64,000 nt of DNA from Candidatus Acidiferrales bacterium (GCA_035280405.1 DATEFX010000048.1:13279-77278), one strand, 5' to 3'; shown: positions 30,115 to 40,914, counted from the first letter of the stretch. The notes: generated from the letters alone by a model not told the origin. Numbers and translations: made by a program.

Positions 30115-31104
30115 TCACTGCGCGGAGCCCGGCGCGTCAGGGGACGATAGAAATTCGTTGAGCACCTGGACGAACTTTTCCGGCTCTTCGAAAAACGGAA
30201 TATGGCCGCTGCGGTCAAAGACGACGAATTTCGAGCCCGGGATGGCCAGGTGAATTTTGTAAGCGATAACGGGCGCGACGTTCATGTCGAAGCGGCCGCA
30301 CATGACAATCGCGGGAAAACGGAATTTGATGAGTTCGGGATTCAAATCGAAGCGCGAGACGTCGCGGTTCACGGCGCGATTGACTTCGTAATATTCCTTG
30401 TCGTCGGCCATTTTCTTCAAGAATTCGTCGCGACGCTCGGGCGAATAAAAAAGCATCGATTCGTAGAGTTCGGTGTCAGCTTCGCGGGCCGCCGCGGAAT
30501 CCTTTTCGCCGAGATTGGCCGTGAAGTGATAACTGTCCTCCTTCGCAGTGACGTCGGGATAGACATCGCTGAAGAGAAAGAGCGTGTCGCTCCATTTGGG
30601 CGCGGCGGAATCCACGATGGCGAGATGGCTGATGTGCTGAGGAAAGCGCGCGGCGTAGGCCATGACGAGAAAGCCGCCCCAGGAGTGGCCGAGGAGATCA
30701 ATCCTGTCGAAGCCGAGATGCGCGCGAAGGGCGTCGAGATCGTTAATCTGATCGGCGAGCGTGCAGGATTGACCCTCCTTCAAAGGCCCGGAGCGGCCCG
30801 TGCCGCGCTGGTCCCACATGACGATTTTGCGATTCTGGCCGAGCGTGTCCCACGCCTCGGAGACGTGCAGGTAATAGTGGTCGAAGCCCGGGCCGCCATT
30901 GGCGACGAAAAGAGGCGTGCCCGAGCCGGAGCCGAACACTTCGTAGTAGATCGTGGCGCCGGGCGCGTTGAACGTGGCGCCATGCTCGTCGTGGGCAAAA
31001 GCGGCGGGAGCAATGAGCATGAAACAGAAAAGGACGAATGCAAGGCTGCAGCATTGCGGGGCCATGAGATATCTGCAAGCGCGAGAAGAATCAAGCTTCG
31101 CCAT
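30115..31104 (-). CDS. Secreted alpha/beta hydrolase (proline iminopeptidase-like)
   Basis: Signal peptide; HGGPG oxyanion-type motif (ANGGPGFDHYY), nucleophile elbow GHSWGG, catalytic His near the C-terminus; the track ORF's upstream 600 nt is read-through over fmdB and a repeat. Confidence 0.75.
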   Translation of the reverse strand: MAKLDSSRACRYLMAPQCCSLAFVLFCFMLIAPAAFAHDEHGATFNAPGATIYYEVFGSGSGTPLFVANGGPGFDHYYLHVSEAWDTLGQNRKIVMWDQRGTGRSGPLKEGQSCTLADQINDLDALRAHLGFDRIDLLGHSWGGFLVMAYAARFPQHISHLAIVDSAAPKWSDTLFLFSDVYPDVTAKEDSYHFTANLGEKDSAAAREADTELYESMLFYSPERRDEFLKKMADDKEYYEVNRAVNRDVSRFDLNPELIKFRFPAIVMCGRFDMNVAPVIAYKIHLAIPGSKFVVFDRSGHIPFFEEPEKFVQVLNEFLSSPDAPGSAQ

Positions 31105-31210
31105 GTGGCTCTCCCGAATGAAATTTGTTCCACGTGGAAATGGAATCGTGGGGGAGGCTATCACGCCAGCGCGGCGGGAGGCTAGCGTGCCAGATTGGGC
31201 GAGACGAGAA

Positions 31211-31456
31211 TCAGTGGCAGCCGCAGGAGTTGGGCGTGCAACCGCAGGAGCCGCCAGAGCCTGATTCAGACGAGGCGCTCGCGGAATCATTGCCTGAAAA
31301 TGACCCGCCGTTGCCGGTGTGCGCGGCGAACGTGGAGAACTGGATCGTCGAGCGCTTGCCGCCGCATTTCGGGCAGGCTGCTTTGCCATTGCTGGCGGAG
31401 ACAATCTTCTCGTAGCGGGCCTTGCAGTCGTCGCAAACGTATTCGTAGATGGGCAT
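31211..31456 (-). CDS. FmdB-family zinc-ribbon protein with Ser/Gly/Cys-rich tail
   Basis: MPIYEYVCDDCKARYE...CPKCGG is the CxxC-x17-CxxC FmdB signature; unusual C-terminal SGSGGSCGCTPNSCGCH. Confidence 0.7.
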   Translation of the reverse strand: MPIYEYVCDDCKARYEKIVSASNGKAACPKCGGKRSTIQFSTFAAHTGNGGSFSGNDSASASSESGSGGSCGCTPNSCGCH

Positions 31457-31567
31457 GGTGTGCTGTCCCTCGATGAAGAAATTATACCCGAAAAGGCCGC
31501 CCGAAGAGGAATCGCCGGCGCGGATAGGGGATATGAAAAATGGAATCGAGGAGTGGAGGGAATCGAA

Positions 31568-31655
31568 AATTTGTAGCGATTAGAAAAAATTAAGTGATTG
31601 ATTCCTGGGCGCTTAGCTAAATCTGACTGAGCGTTGGTGTAGCGATTAAAAAAAT
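31568..31655 (+). repeat. Direct-repeat pair GTAGCGATTA(G)AAAAAAT spaced ~71 bp, upstream of conserved element copy B
   Basis: Architecture parallels the direct-repeat pair inside MITE copy 1 (spacing 67 bp). Confidence 0.45.
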
Positions 31656-31671
31656 CATATATTGGCCCGAA

Positions 31672-31743
31672 TTTGCTGCTGAATGCCGGAAATTGGCAGG
31701 GGTGAGAGTTCAGGCGGTGGCGAAACTCCACCGGGGGCCTCGG
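31672..31743 (+). repeat. Conserved GC-rich ~70-nt element, copy B
   Basis: TTGCTGCTGAATGCCGGAAATTGGCAGGGGTGAGAG...GCGAAACTCCACCGGGGGCCTCGGGAGG aligns with 5262..5330. Confidence 0.6.
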
Positions 31744-31914
31744 GAGGTAAGGGCTGAGATGACGGTTGTGGAAGTCTTATTCACGCGTATAGTTTACTAC
31801 AAACTAAACAAAAGTCAAGGACTTTTTTCGGGTGGCGGCAGGGCAAGCGCGAAAAAGGGCGGGGGGATCGCCGGAGCGAAAAGCATTCACCGCAGAGAGC
31901 ACCGAGAAATACTC

Positions 31915-32439
31915 TCAAGCAGCGGCCTGCGGGGGAGCAGCCGCGAAGGAGCGGGAGACGACCCAGGCGACAGGGATGCCGAAGAAAACGATGTGGGCGA
32001 CGTACAAATTTACGAGATAGACGCCATGGGCGGGAGGCATGGTCGCGCGGCCGAGCGGGACGATGACTTGGGCCATCACGAGGCGGACGACTACGCCGAA
32101 GACCACGCCCCAGACGAGAACGTTGCGCGCGAGAAAACGAAACTGCAGCGCGGCGAGCGTGAAGATGGCGCCCCAGATGAGGCTGACGATCAGATGCAGC
32201 AGGCAGCCGAAGAGCGCCACGCCGACTCCGGCTTGAAACGCCCTCGCGCCGAGGAGATTCGAGGCGTCCCACTGGAAGAGGATGAGCGCGGTGGTCTTGT
32301 GCATCACGAGGACTTCGGTGACCCAGAGGTAGAGGTCAATGAGGATTGCGCCGGTGACGCCGGCGAGAAGCATGATCTTCACTACGCTACGGCGATTTGC
32401 AGTGGGCACAGATGTTCTCCGAGCCAGATGATATGACAA
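31915..32439 (-). CDS. Hypothetical integral membrane protein
   Basis: Four predicted transmembrane helices; the opposite-strand track ORF 31693..32436 translates to low-complexity junk. Confidence 0.55.
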   Translation of the reverse strand: MSYHLARRTSVPTANRRSVVKIMLLAGVTGAILIDLYLWVTEVLVMHKTTALILFQWDASNLLGARAFQAGVGVALFGCLLHLIVSLIWGAIFTLAALQFRFLARNVLVWGVVFGVVVRLVMAQVIVPLGRATMPPAHGVYLVNLYVAHIVFFGIPVAWVVSRSFAAAPPQAAA

Positions 32440-32751
32440 AAGGCGCGATCTGTTTACAAGTTAGGCCAATCCCGGTGACAGGGATGCCGAAGGCATCCGA
32501 CACCTAGCAAGTGTCATTCCGAAGCTAAACGTCTGTTTAGCCGAGACGCCGAGAACCTTGATCGGCCGATCTGAGATTCATAGTGGCCGTCGGCGCATTC
32601 GCAGCACCTGAAGCGCCCAGATGCGATCGTCGTCATTGCCCACGCTGTCTCCTCCCCTGTTCCGCGTAGCGAGGACCAGCGTGCGGACAGGAGCAAGAAT
32701 AGTGTATAAACGGACCCGTCCACGTTCCCACGCGGAAGTTCGAGGCTCCCA

Positions 32752-33771
32752 ATGAAAAGACTGGCGAGGCTTTTGGCATGGATTGCAGTTGTCCTCGCGG
32801 TGGTGCTCGCTACAGGCATCACCTTCACGATTGGCTGGCGACCGTTCATCGGCCCGCGAGCGCGCCCACTAACAGCAAGGAAATTTGAAAGCACGGCCAC
32901 GCGGCTGGCGCGCGGCGGATACCTCGTCAATAACGCGATGGACTGTATCGACTGCCACGCCGAGCACGATTGGACCGCGCACGATGCGCCGATCATTCCC
33001 GGCACGCTTGGGGCAGGCCAGGACATGAGCATACTCAAGGGTCTCCCCGGGAAAGTCGTTGCCCCCAATATAACGCCTGACCCGGAAACCGGCGCCGGAA
33101 CTTGGAGCGATGACCAACTGGCACGCGCCATCCGCGAGGGCGTCGGGCACGATGGCCGCGCGCTGTTCCCATTCATGCCCTACCCGGATTTTCGACACCT
33201 GTCAGACGAAGATTTGGCCTCGGTGATTGTGTACCTGCGTTCGCTGCCGGCGATCCACAAGCAGCGCCCGCCAACGCAATTGATCTTTCCCGTGAATTAT
33301 CTCATTCGCAGCGTGCCACAGCCGCTGGACGCGCCCGTTCCCGAACCAGACCTTTCCTCTCCAGAAAAGCGCGGGAAATACTTAGTCACGGTAACTGGAT
33401 GTACGGATTGTCACACGCCCCAAGACGCGCACGGCCAGCCTCTGCCCGGGATGGAATTCGCCGGCGGCTTCATCCTCGACGGACCGTGGGGCCGCGTGGC
33501 CAGCGCGAACATCACCCCGGATCCATCGGGGATTCCTTACTACGACGTGGCTATGTTCACCCAGGTGATGCGCACGGGATTTGTCGGTGCGCGAAAGCTC
33601 AACCAGATCATGCCATGGCACACTTACCGAGGAATGACGGACGAGGATATTGCAGCAATGTTCTCCTACCTGAAAACACTCAAGCCCGTGCGGCATCGCG
33701 TGGACAACACTGAGCCGCCAACGTATTGCAAGCTGTGTCGCCAATTTCACGGAGGTGGGAGCCAGAACTAG
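32752..33771 (+). CDS. Membrane-anchored dihaem c-type cytochrome
   Basis: N-terminal transmembrane/signal anchor; two CxxCH haem-binding motifs (CIDCH, CTDCH). Confidence 0.8.
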   Translation: MKRLARLLAWIAVVLAVVLATGITFTIGWRPFIGPRARPLTARKFESTATRLARGGYLVNNAMDCIDCHAEHDWTAHDAPIIPGTLGAGQDMSILKGLPGKVVAPNITPDPETGAGTWSDDQLARAIREGVGHDGRALFPFMPYPDFRHLSDEDLASVIVYLRSLPAIHKQRPPTQLIFPVNYLIRSVPQPLDAPVPEPDLSSPEKRGKYLVTVTGCTDCHTPQDAHGQPLPGMEFAGGFILDGPWGRVASANITPDPSGIPYYDVAMFTQVMRTGFVGARKLNQIMPWHTYRGMTDEDIAAMFSYLKTLKPVRHRVDNTEPPTYCKLCRQFHGGGSQN

Positions 33772-34284
33772 TCATGACGTAGGCGCGGAGTCAGGAAAGA
33801 GCGCGGTGCCGACGGATTGGGGCGCTGGAAGGGACTTGTGCTGGCAGCTTTCTGATACCGCGCTATACTTCGCTCATGCGACATCTCGTCGACATCGGCA
33901 TCCATGCCGAGAAGGAGGTGATCCAGTGAGGTACAGTTTACGTTGACGCAGTAGAGGAGGCGCTTGTGAGCTTACCGAGCGCCTCTCTCCTTTTGCCCCG
34001 AGTGTGAGATTCCCTCGATCCTGCAGGATTCCATTCGTCCCGCCACGGGTGCACGGCCACGAAAAAAGCAGATTCCTCGCCTGAGGCGGGCAGGCTCGCC
34101 AGACGACGCCGTGTAAACTCGTCGTCGCGGTCGTATGCACGGGGACGCGCAAGGGGCGATTAGGCAAAACAGGCGTAGTGCCGCCCTTCGACTGCGCTCA
34201 GGACAAGCCGCGCTCAAAAGAATACGAACAGCAGATCCCTCACACCGCTCGCCAAAAACAGGCGAGCGGGTTCGGGATGACAAC

Positions 34285-34318
34285 GTAAAAATCAACGGCC
34301 TCGGATGGCTCCGAGGCC
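34285..34318 (-). terminator. Rho-independent terminator of the radical SAM gene
   Basis: Minus-strand GGCCTCGGA-gcca-TCCGAGGCC then GTTGATTTTTACG. Confidence 0.6.
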
Positions 34319-34349
34319 GTTGAGATATCAGGTTTGGATACCGTTAGGT

Positions 34350-36581
34350 CTAGTCGCCGGCGACCGGTTCAGCGACTTCCGGTTTGGAGGCGCCGTTGCC
34401 GTTGGAGTGGCCATTGCCATTCGAACCGTTTGAGCCATTGCCGTTGCTGTGGCCGTTGCCGCCATTGGCGTTGCCGATTGTGACCGGGGCTGAGGTGGCA
34501 GCGCCGGGGACGGCGGACTTCATGGCCGAAAGAGAGCCAATCTGCACGACGCCCTCGGTGGCCGATGGCTTCTTGAGAACCATTTCCTCGTAGATCGCGC
34601 GGACCTTGGCGGCCTCTTCCATCGCCTTGCGGCGACGTGCGCGGTCTTCCTCGGCGGCGGTCAAGGGGATGTCGTGCTCGAGGTGGCGCACGCGCGCGGC
34701 GTCGGTGGCATTCACCTTGAGCGAGTGCTCATAGTGGGCGAGGTCCACCCTCTTGCCCTTGGCGTAGATTTCGTGCTTGCCGTGGGTCTTGTACCACTGC
34801 GCGACGGTCGCGTTCTTGTACATATTCTCGATAATCTTCCGCCAGCCGATGCCCGTGTTGTAAGCGCAGAAGGAGATTTCGCCCTGCTGCGTCGCGTAAG
34901 GGATGATGCACATCTCCGTGCGGCGAAAGTCGTAATTAAAGAGATCCTGGAACCACATGCCGGCGATGAAGAGCATGTTCCACGGATCTTCCGCGCGGCG
35001 CTTCATGGCGTCTTCGTACGTGCGATTCGGATTGGTGCGGCCGTATTTCTTGTCGGAGTTCTTACTGACCGCCCAGGTCTTGTCGAATTTCCTGAGGATG
35101 TCCTTGATGCGGAGGCTCGGCGGCGCCTGGAACGGGCTGTAATTCTTGAGCATCGCGCACGCCATCATGAACGCGGAGAATTTCTTACCGCGAGCCGCGT
35201 CGTTGATGGCGTTGACGTCTTTGACGAGCTGCGGCGCATTGAGGAAGCGCGAGATGGGCGCCCATTCCTTGGTTTCCTTGTGGACCATCATCGCCGTGCC
35301 CACGCCGCAATTCGGGTGGCAGCCGCAGGAGAGCGCGCCCCACTGGGCATCCGGCCCGTGAGTGAGGTCCGCGAAGCTGGCGAAAGGCGAAATGAAGGAC
35401 AGGGGGAACCAGTCGCGCGTCGGCTCGATTTTGCCGACCTGCTGGCTGACGTCCTTGGCCAGATGCGAGAGCGTGTAGCGCTGGCGCATGCGGCGCTCGG
35501 GCGTGATGTCTTCGTCGCGGCCCGTGAAGGAAACCGGCTGGAACGAGACGAAGGCGATTTTCTTCGGGTTGTCCATCGCGAACTTGACGATGGGGCCGAC
35601 CTGGTCGTTGTTCACGTTGTTGACGATGGTGGTGACCAGGACGATTTCGATGCCCGCCTCGTGCATGTTTTCGATGGCGCGCAGCTTGACGTCGAACAGG
35701 TTGCCGACCTGGCGATGGCTGTTCGCGTCGTTGCCGATGCCGTCGAATTGCAGATAGGCGTAGCGCAGGCCGGCTTCAAAGGCCTTGCGGCTGAATTCCT
35801 TGCTCTTGGCGAATTCGATGCCGTTCGTGGCCGCTTGGACGCTGTTGTAGCCGACCTTGCGGGCGTAGCGGACGGCGTCGAGGAAGTAGGGGTGCATCGT
35901 CGGCTCGCCGCCGGAGAACTGCACGGACATCTGGCGGCGCGGCTTGATCTTCGTGGCGTTGTCGAGGATTTCCTGAATCTCTTCCCAGCTCAGCTCGTGG
36001 ACGTAGCCGACCTGGTTGGCGTCCATGAAGCAGGGATCGCACATCATGTTGCAGCGGTTCGTTAGGTCCACCGTGAGCACGGCGCCGCGACCGAAGCGGA
36101 CGGTGCTGGAGCCGTGGCGATGCAGGTTTTCGTCGTTGTGCGCCGGGATGTCGCGGCCGGGGAAATTCTTCTCGATCCAGGCGAGGAATTTGGAGTCGAT
36201 GGCCATCAGATCTTCGCACTTGCCGTGGATGGGACATTCCTTGACCATCCAGACCTGGCCATCGCGCTCGATAATTTGCGCCTTGATTTCGCCGACCTTC
36301 TCGTGGACGAGGTCGGTCCAGTCCTTTTTGCCGTTGATGATGGCGTCGCGAGCTTCTTTGACGCAGCCCGGGCAGAGGGAATCGGTCTGGCGCGGCCAGC
36401 CGAGAGTCGGCTTGCTCTTCTCCCATGACTTCAGCATGGGCTTATCCGACCACTTCGGCGTGAAGGAAGGGTTCGGATTGTGCTTGTTGAAGAATTGAAT
36501 CGAATTAAATGTGACCGCGGCGGATTTGCAGAGCGCCCAGTCGAATGATTTCCAGATGCGGTTGCGAACCGTGATAGCCAT
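34350..36581 (-). CDS. Large radical SAM protein (tetraether-lipid-synthase/Tes-like architecture)
   Basis: N-terminal Zn-ribbon-like CPGC...CPIHGKC, radical SAM CxxxCxxC (CNMMCDPC) with GGEP motif (FSGGEPTM), Cys-rich C-terminal domain (CGCHPNCG), Asn/Gly-rich tail; start taken at MAITVRN. Confidence 0.75.
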   Translation of the reverse strand: MAITVRNRIWKSFDWALCKSAAVTFNSIQFFNKHNPNPSFTPKWSDKPMLKSWEKSKPTLGWPRQTDSLCPGCVKEARDAIINGKKDWTDLVHEKVGEIKAQIIERDGQVWMVKECPIHGKCEDLMAIDSKFLAWIEKNFPGRDIPAHNDENLHRHGSSTVRFGRGAVLTVDLTNRCNMMCDPCFMDANQVGYVHELSWEEIQEILDNATKIKPRRQMSVQFSGGEPTMHPYFLDAVRYARKVGYNSVQAATNGIEFAKSKEFSRKAFEAGLRYAYLQFDGIGNDANSHRQVGNLFDVKLRAIENMHEAGIEIVLVTTIVNNVNNDQVGPIVKFAMDNPKKIAFVSFQPVSFTGRDEDITPERRMRQRYTLSHLAKDVSQQVGKIEPTRDWFPLSFISPFASFADLTHGPDAQWGALSCGCHPNCGVGTAMMVHKETKEWAPISRFLNAPQLVKDVNAINDAARGKKFSAFMMACAMLKNYSPFQAPPSLRIKDILRKFDKTWAVSKNSDKKYGRTNPNRTYEDAMKRRAEDPWNMLFIAGMWFQDLFNYDFRRTEMCIIPYATQQGEISFCAYNTGIGWRKIIENMYKNATVAQWYKTHGKHEIYAKGKRVDLAHYEHSLKVNATDAARVRHLEHDIPLTAAEEDRARRRKAMEEAAKVRAIYEEMVLKKPSATEGVVQIGSLSAMKSAVPGAATSAPVTIGNANGGNGHSNGNGSNGSNGNGHSNGNGASKPEVAEPVAGD

Positions 36582-37038
36582 GGCTCGAACCTCTCTTTCC
36601 TCAGAGTTAAGAAAACCTAATTTCCGAACATCGGGATACCGCGATGGCGCCCTCCAGACCCCTCCGGGTGGGCGTCCCCCTACATTTGCACAGGGTGCTA
36701 GTTTGCAGATTTTAATGGAGTTAGTCCAGCCCAAACATTCAAATGGCTATCCAAAGGGTTAAACGGCGGAAAGTGGCATTGAGCGGGGTGGGTGGGGCGT
36801 CGCTGAGGGCGCCAAGAAAGACCGCGGACGGGGCGGAATTCATGGAAATGTAAGACGAGAGCGAAACGCTCGTAAAGTCGAGCTGTCAGATTCTCACGCT
36901 TTGCGAAACCGGACAATGGGCTGGTGTATAAAAAATATGTGGAAAAGTCGTGAGAATTTTGGCGGGTTCATCTTGACGACGCGCAAAACTGGTAGTACAA
37001 GCAAGCCGACCTGCATGAGAAATTCCCGGGGGAAAACA

Positions 37039-40000
37039 ATGAAAATCAACTTTGGCCGGCTGATTTTTTGTTTTTGCGTGCTGGCGCTGACGGCGCCTTT
37101 GGCGGCGCGCGCGCAGCAGACGCTGGGGTCAATCAACGGCACGGTGACGGACCAGTCGAACGCCGTGGTGGTGGGCGCGACGGTCCAGGCGCGGAATGTG
37201 AATACCGGCCTCGCGGTGACGACGAAATCGCAGAGCGACGGCTCGTTCAACATCGTGGATTTGCCGATTGGCACCTACGAGCTATCGATCACAAAAGAAG
37301 GGTTCAAGAAAGACGTCCACTCGCAGATTCTGGTGCGCGGGAACCTGACGACTACGGTCAATGCCACGTTGCAGCCCGGCGAGATGACTTCGACTGTGAC
37401 CATCACGGCTACGCCGCTGCTGAACCAGACCGACACGACGAACGGCTATACGCTTGGAACCGACGTCATCCAGTCCACCCCCCTCGGCACGGGCAGCTTC
37501 ACGCAGTTGGCGATATTGGCGCCTGGAGTGAGTTCGGATCCTTTAAGCGGCTCGGGGACGAATGCGGGCCTTGGTAATCAAGAAATCTGGGCAAACGGCC
37601 AGAGAGACACGAGCAACAGCTTCACGTTCAATTCCATAAATGCGAACAATTTGTTCAATGGTAAGTCGTCAAGTTCAGTTGGCGAGAGCCGGTTTGTTCT
37701 GAATACGAACGAACAATTCCTTCAGGGCGGCCAGATTCAAACCAATACTTCCGTTTACGACGCGATTGGCAACGGTTTGCCAACTCCCCCACCGGAAACG
37801 ATTGAGGAAGTCCATGTAAACACCTCGATGTATAACGCCTCACAAGGAGCGAACAGCGGCGCGCACATAGAACTGACACAAAAATCGGGCACGAATGATT
37901 ACCACGGCGGCTTATATGAATACCATCAGACCACTGGATGGAACGCGAACCCGTTCTTCTTCAATGCGCAAGGGATTTCACGGCAGCCTCTTCACAGGAA
38001 TACGTTTGGCGGCACGCTGGGGGGGCCAATCAGGAAAGACAAGATGTTCTTCTTTGGCTCATATCAGGGTGTGCGTGTGACAGATGCATTCAGTGGAGCC
38101 ACAAATGCGGTTTCCGTTCCCTTCGGCTTGAGCGACACTAACCGCGACGCAACGTCACTTGCGGCCCTGGCTAGTGCCAATGATGGTACAACTGTGACGG
38201 CAACGCAGGTAGATAGCGTAGCACTGGCAATTCTGCAGGCGAAAACACCAAGCGGACAGTTCATCGTACCGTCCCAGAACGTCACGGACCCGACTCAGCA
38301 GGCAATCTGCAGCTGCGATGCAATCATTGTTGGACCGCCAAGCACATTTCGGGCGGACCAAGCCAATGGCAACATTGACTATCAGTTCGGCGCAAAAGAT
38401 CGGCTTGCCGGGAAGTATTATTACCAGCGAAATCCCTCCAGCAGTCCTTTTGCTGTGAGCCAAGTACTTGGCTTTCCTCAAACACTGCAAGCTGGCAGCC
38501 AGGTTTTCTCACTGGATAACACGACCAGCTTGACGTCCAATACATCCTGGGAACAGAGGATCGGCTTCATTCGCGAAATCGCCAATGCAAGAACGGGCCA
38601 GAGCCTGACGCCGTCAGGAGTAGGCATAAATCTTTTCAACAGCAATTTCTTTCCGGGATTCACGATTACAAACGCGGAAGGAGCGGTGAGCGGCAATGGG
38701 AATGAATTGCGGATTGGCCCTTCGAATAACTTTGCCAACGCAGGTGTCTTCCAGAATCAATTCGAGGGGGCGTCGTCTTATAGCTGGATCGTTGGACGCC
38801 AGAGCCTCTCGTTCGGCTTTATCGCCGATTACGGACAGCTAAATATTATCAACCGCGAAAACGAAGTCGCTACCTTCGGGCTCAGTGACTTTACGAACTT
38901 CTTGACTGGAAACCTGAATGGCCGTCGCAGTAGCGGCCGAATCCTGAACGGTGAGACAAACCGCTATTACCGTGCAAAACAGGCCGGTTTCTTTGCAGAT
39001 GACAACCTCAAGGTCAAGTCCAATCTAACAGTGGATCTCGGTTTGCGCTGGGATTGGGACGGCTCGCTATCCGAGAAAAACGGACTTCTGACAAACTTCT
39101 ATTCTCAAGACTATAACTACACCCCGTCATCCGACACGATCAACGATATCGGACTGGTCATCGCGGGGAACAATAAGCAGTTTTGTGCGACGAAGTCGAG
39201 TTTCTGCGTTAACAATTCGACGTTAACCGGGAGACAGTGGTTGTTCGAGCCTCGAATCGGTGTTGCCTGGAGTCCGGCGACCTTGAAGAACCTAGTGGTG
39301 AGGGCAGGCATCGGCCTTTACGCGGATAGAGGCGAGTTCTTCACGGAGCTTTCGCCCAGCGCGGGCCTGGGAATCAGCGGCCCGTTCGGCGTCACGACGG
39401 AAGAACCATTTACAGTCCCATTCACATCGACTTGCACAGGCGTACAGTGCTTGCAGAACAACCCGTTCGGTACGACAGCCCCACCCCCACCTCCAAACAA
39501 TTTCTCGGGAGTGGCCGCGCTGATTCACAATCAATCCGGACTAAGCGGCTGCGCCGAACCTGTAACGCCGACGTGCACGCCATCCGGCTTCGCCAACTTC
39601 GCTTTCCTTTTTGGCGGTTACGATCCCAGAAACACACTTCCGTACTCGGAGAATTGGAGCCTCGATCTGCAGTGGCAGCCGAGAAATGACCTGGTGACCA
39701 CCATCGCTTACATCGGGAACCATGGGCTTCACCAAGTGCTGCCAATCCCATTTAACCAGCCGGGCGTCGCCACGCCGGCGAATCCGATCAATGGCCAATC
39801 CTTTTCTTACGGTATGCAAGTCCAAGACACCAACACCACCACTTGCCCCAGCGCGGGGCCGCCGAACTTCACCCCCTGTGTCTTGCAGACTGAACAAGTG
39901 CAGACAAGCATCGGAGAGTTCCCATTTTCAGATGGAAACACAGCCTTGCGAGTTCCCTTCATCGGCTACAACCCGAATTCTGATTTCAACGAGGCGGAAG

Positions 40001-40896
40001 GCATTTCGCATTACAACGCCTTGCAACTCAGTGTGAATAAGCGAATGGGCCATGGTCTGCAACTCAATGGCTCATATACGTGGTCACATGCTTTGGATGA
40101 GGGAAGCGGCCTTCAACTTTTTTACAACGGCAACAATCCCCTCAACCCTAGATCCGCGTATGGAACTGCGGGATTCGATCGGACCCACGTGTTTGTGATT
40201 AATTATGTGTATCAGGTTCCAAAGGTTTCCCGATTCAGCGGCATCATGGATAGAGCTTTCAATGGCTGGGGGATCAGTGGCATTACTGTTGCCGAAACCG
40301 GCCAGCCATTCAGCGTTTACGATTTCTCCGGCGCGGTCGGGGGAATTTTCTTCGCCGGCGATGATTTCATCACAAACCCGATCCTGCCAATCGCATCCGG
40401 CAAGACAGTGTCTCAAGTGCAGCTTCAGAGCACTACAGGCGTGAACCCGGCGAAGCCGTATTTCGATGCTACGGCCTTTTCGATTCCGCTTCTCCCTACC
40501 GGCACAACTCCAAATGATCCCGTGCCGCCGTGTGGCCCTGAAGTCGATCCTACCGGCGCACCTAACGGCCAAACGCTTTGTGATGCGGTGGAGACTGGGT
40601 TCGGAAACACAGGCAGGAACATTTTCCGTGGACCGTTCCAAGTGCGATTCGACTTTGGAGTTTCAAAAGACTTCAAGATCAATGAGCGCTTTTCGCTTAA
40701 GTACGACGCCCAGTTCTTCAATCTGTTCAATCATCCAAGCTTCGATGCACCCAATAACAATGTGACGTTGGATCCCTGCTTCAGCCCAACACCGTGCTAT
40801 ACGAATCCGCCACCTGCAGCGCAGGGTATCGGGCTGATTCAGAACACACTAGGCAGTCCAAGGTTCATCCAGATGGCGCTGCATTTGAATTTCTAG
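37039..40896 (+). CDS. TonB-dependent outer-membrane receptor with N-terminal carboxypeptidase-regulatory-like domain
   Basis: Signal peptide ending ...LAARAQQ; CarbopepD-reg-like beta-sandwich; plug region; very long barrel ending in terminal Phe (ALHLNF). Confidence 0.8.
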   Translation: MKINFGRLIFCFCVLALTAPLAARAQQTLGSINGTVTDQSNAVVVGATVQARNVNTGLAVTTKSQSDGSFNIVDLPIGTYELSITKEGFKKDVHSQILVRGNLTTTVNATLQPGEMTSTVTITATPLLNQTDTTNGYTLGTDVIQSTPLGTGSFTQLAILAPGVSSDPLSGSGTNAGLGNQEIWANGQRDTSNSFTFNSINANNLFNGKSSSSVGESRFVLNTNEQFLQGGQIQTNTSVYDAIGNGLPTPPPETIEEVHVNTSMYNASQGANSGAHIELTQKSGTNDYHGGLYEYHQTTGWNANPFFFNAQGISRQPLHRNTFGGTLGGPIRKDKMFFFGSYQGVRVTDAFSGATNAVSVPFGLSDTNRDATSLAALASANDGTTVTATQVDSVALAILQAKTPSGQFIVPSQNVTDPTQQAICSCDAIIVGPPSTFRADQANGNIDYQFGAKDRLAGKYYYQRNPSSSPFAVSQVLGFPQTLQAGSQVFSLDNTTSLTSNTSWEQRIGFIREIANARTGQSLTPSGVGINLFNSNFFPGFTITNAEGAVSGNGNELRIGPSNNFANAGVFQNQFEGASSYSWIVGRQSLSFGFIADYGQLNIINRENEVATFGLSDFTNFLTGNLNGRRSSGRILNGETNRYYRAKQAGFFADDNLKVKSNLTVDLGLRWDWDGSLSEKNGLLTNFYSQDYNYTPSSDTINDIGLVIAGNNKQFCATKSSFCVNNSTLTGRQWLFEPRIGVAWSPATLKNLVVRAGIGLYADRGEFFTELSPSAGLGISGPFGVTTEEPFTVPFTSTCTGVQCLQNNPFGTTAPPPPPNNFSGVAALIHNQSGLSGCAEPVTPTCTPSGFANFAFLFGGYDPRNTLPYSENWSLDLQWQPRNDLVTTIAYIGNHGLHQVLPIPFNQPGVATPANPINGQSFSYGMQVQDTNTTTCPSAGPPNFTPCVLQTEQVQTSIGEFPFSDGNTALRVPFIGYNPNSDFNEAEGISHYNALQLSVNKRMGHGLQLNGSYTWSHALDEGSGLQLFYNGNNPLNPRSAYGTAGFDRTHVFVINYVYQVPKVSRFSGIMDRAFNGWGISGITVAETGQPFSVYDFSGAVGGIFFAGDDFITNPILPIASGKTVSQVQLQSTTGVNPAKPYFDATAFSIPLLPTGTTPNDPVPPCGPEVDPTGAPNGQTLCDAVETGFGNTGRNIFRGPFQVRFDFGVSKDFKINERFSLKYDAQFFNLFNHPSFDAPNNNVTLDPCFSPTPCYTNPPPAAQGIGLIQNTLGSPRFIQMALHLNF

Positions 40897-40914
40897 CGCA
40901 GCGGTTCGAAAACA

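Noticed and set aside
31693-32436. 247-aa plus-strand ORF
   Set aside because: It translates to a Gly/Arg/Asp-rich low-complexity product and begins inside a repeat element; the opposite strand encodes a coherent four-helix membrane protein.
33880-33900. AAGGAGGTGATCCAG, identical to the complement of the 16S rRNA 3' end
   Set aside because: Similarity stops after 15 nt; there is no further rRNA-like sequence, so this is not an rRNA fragment.
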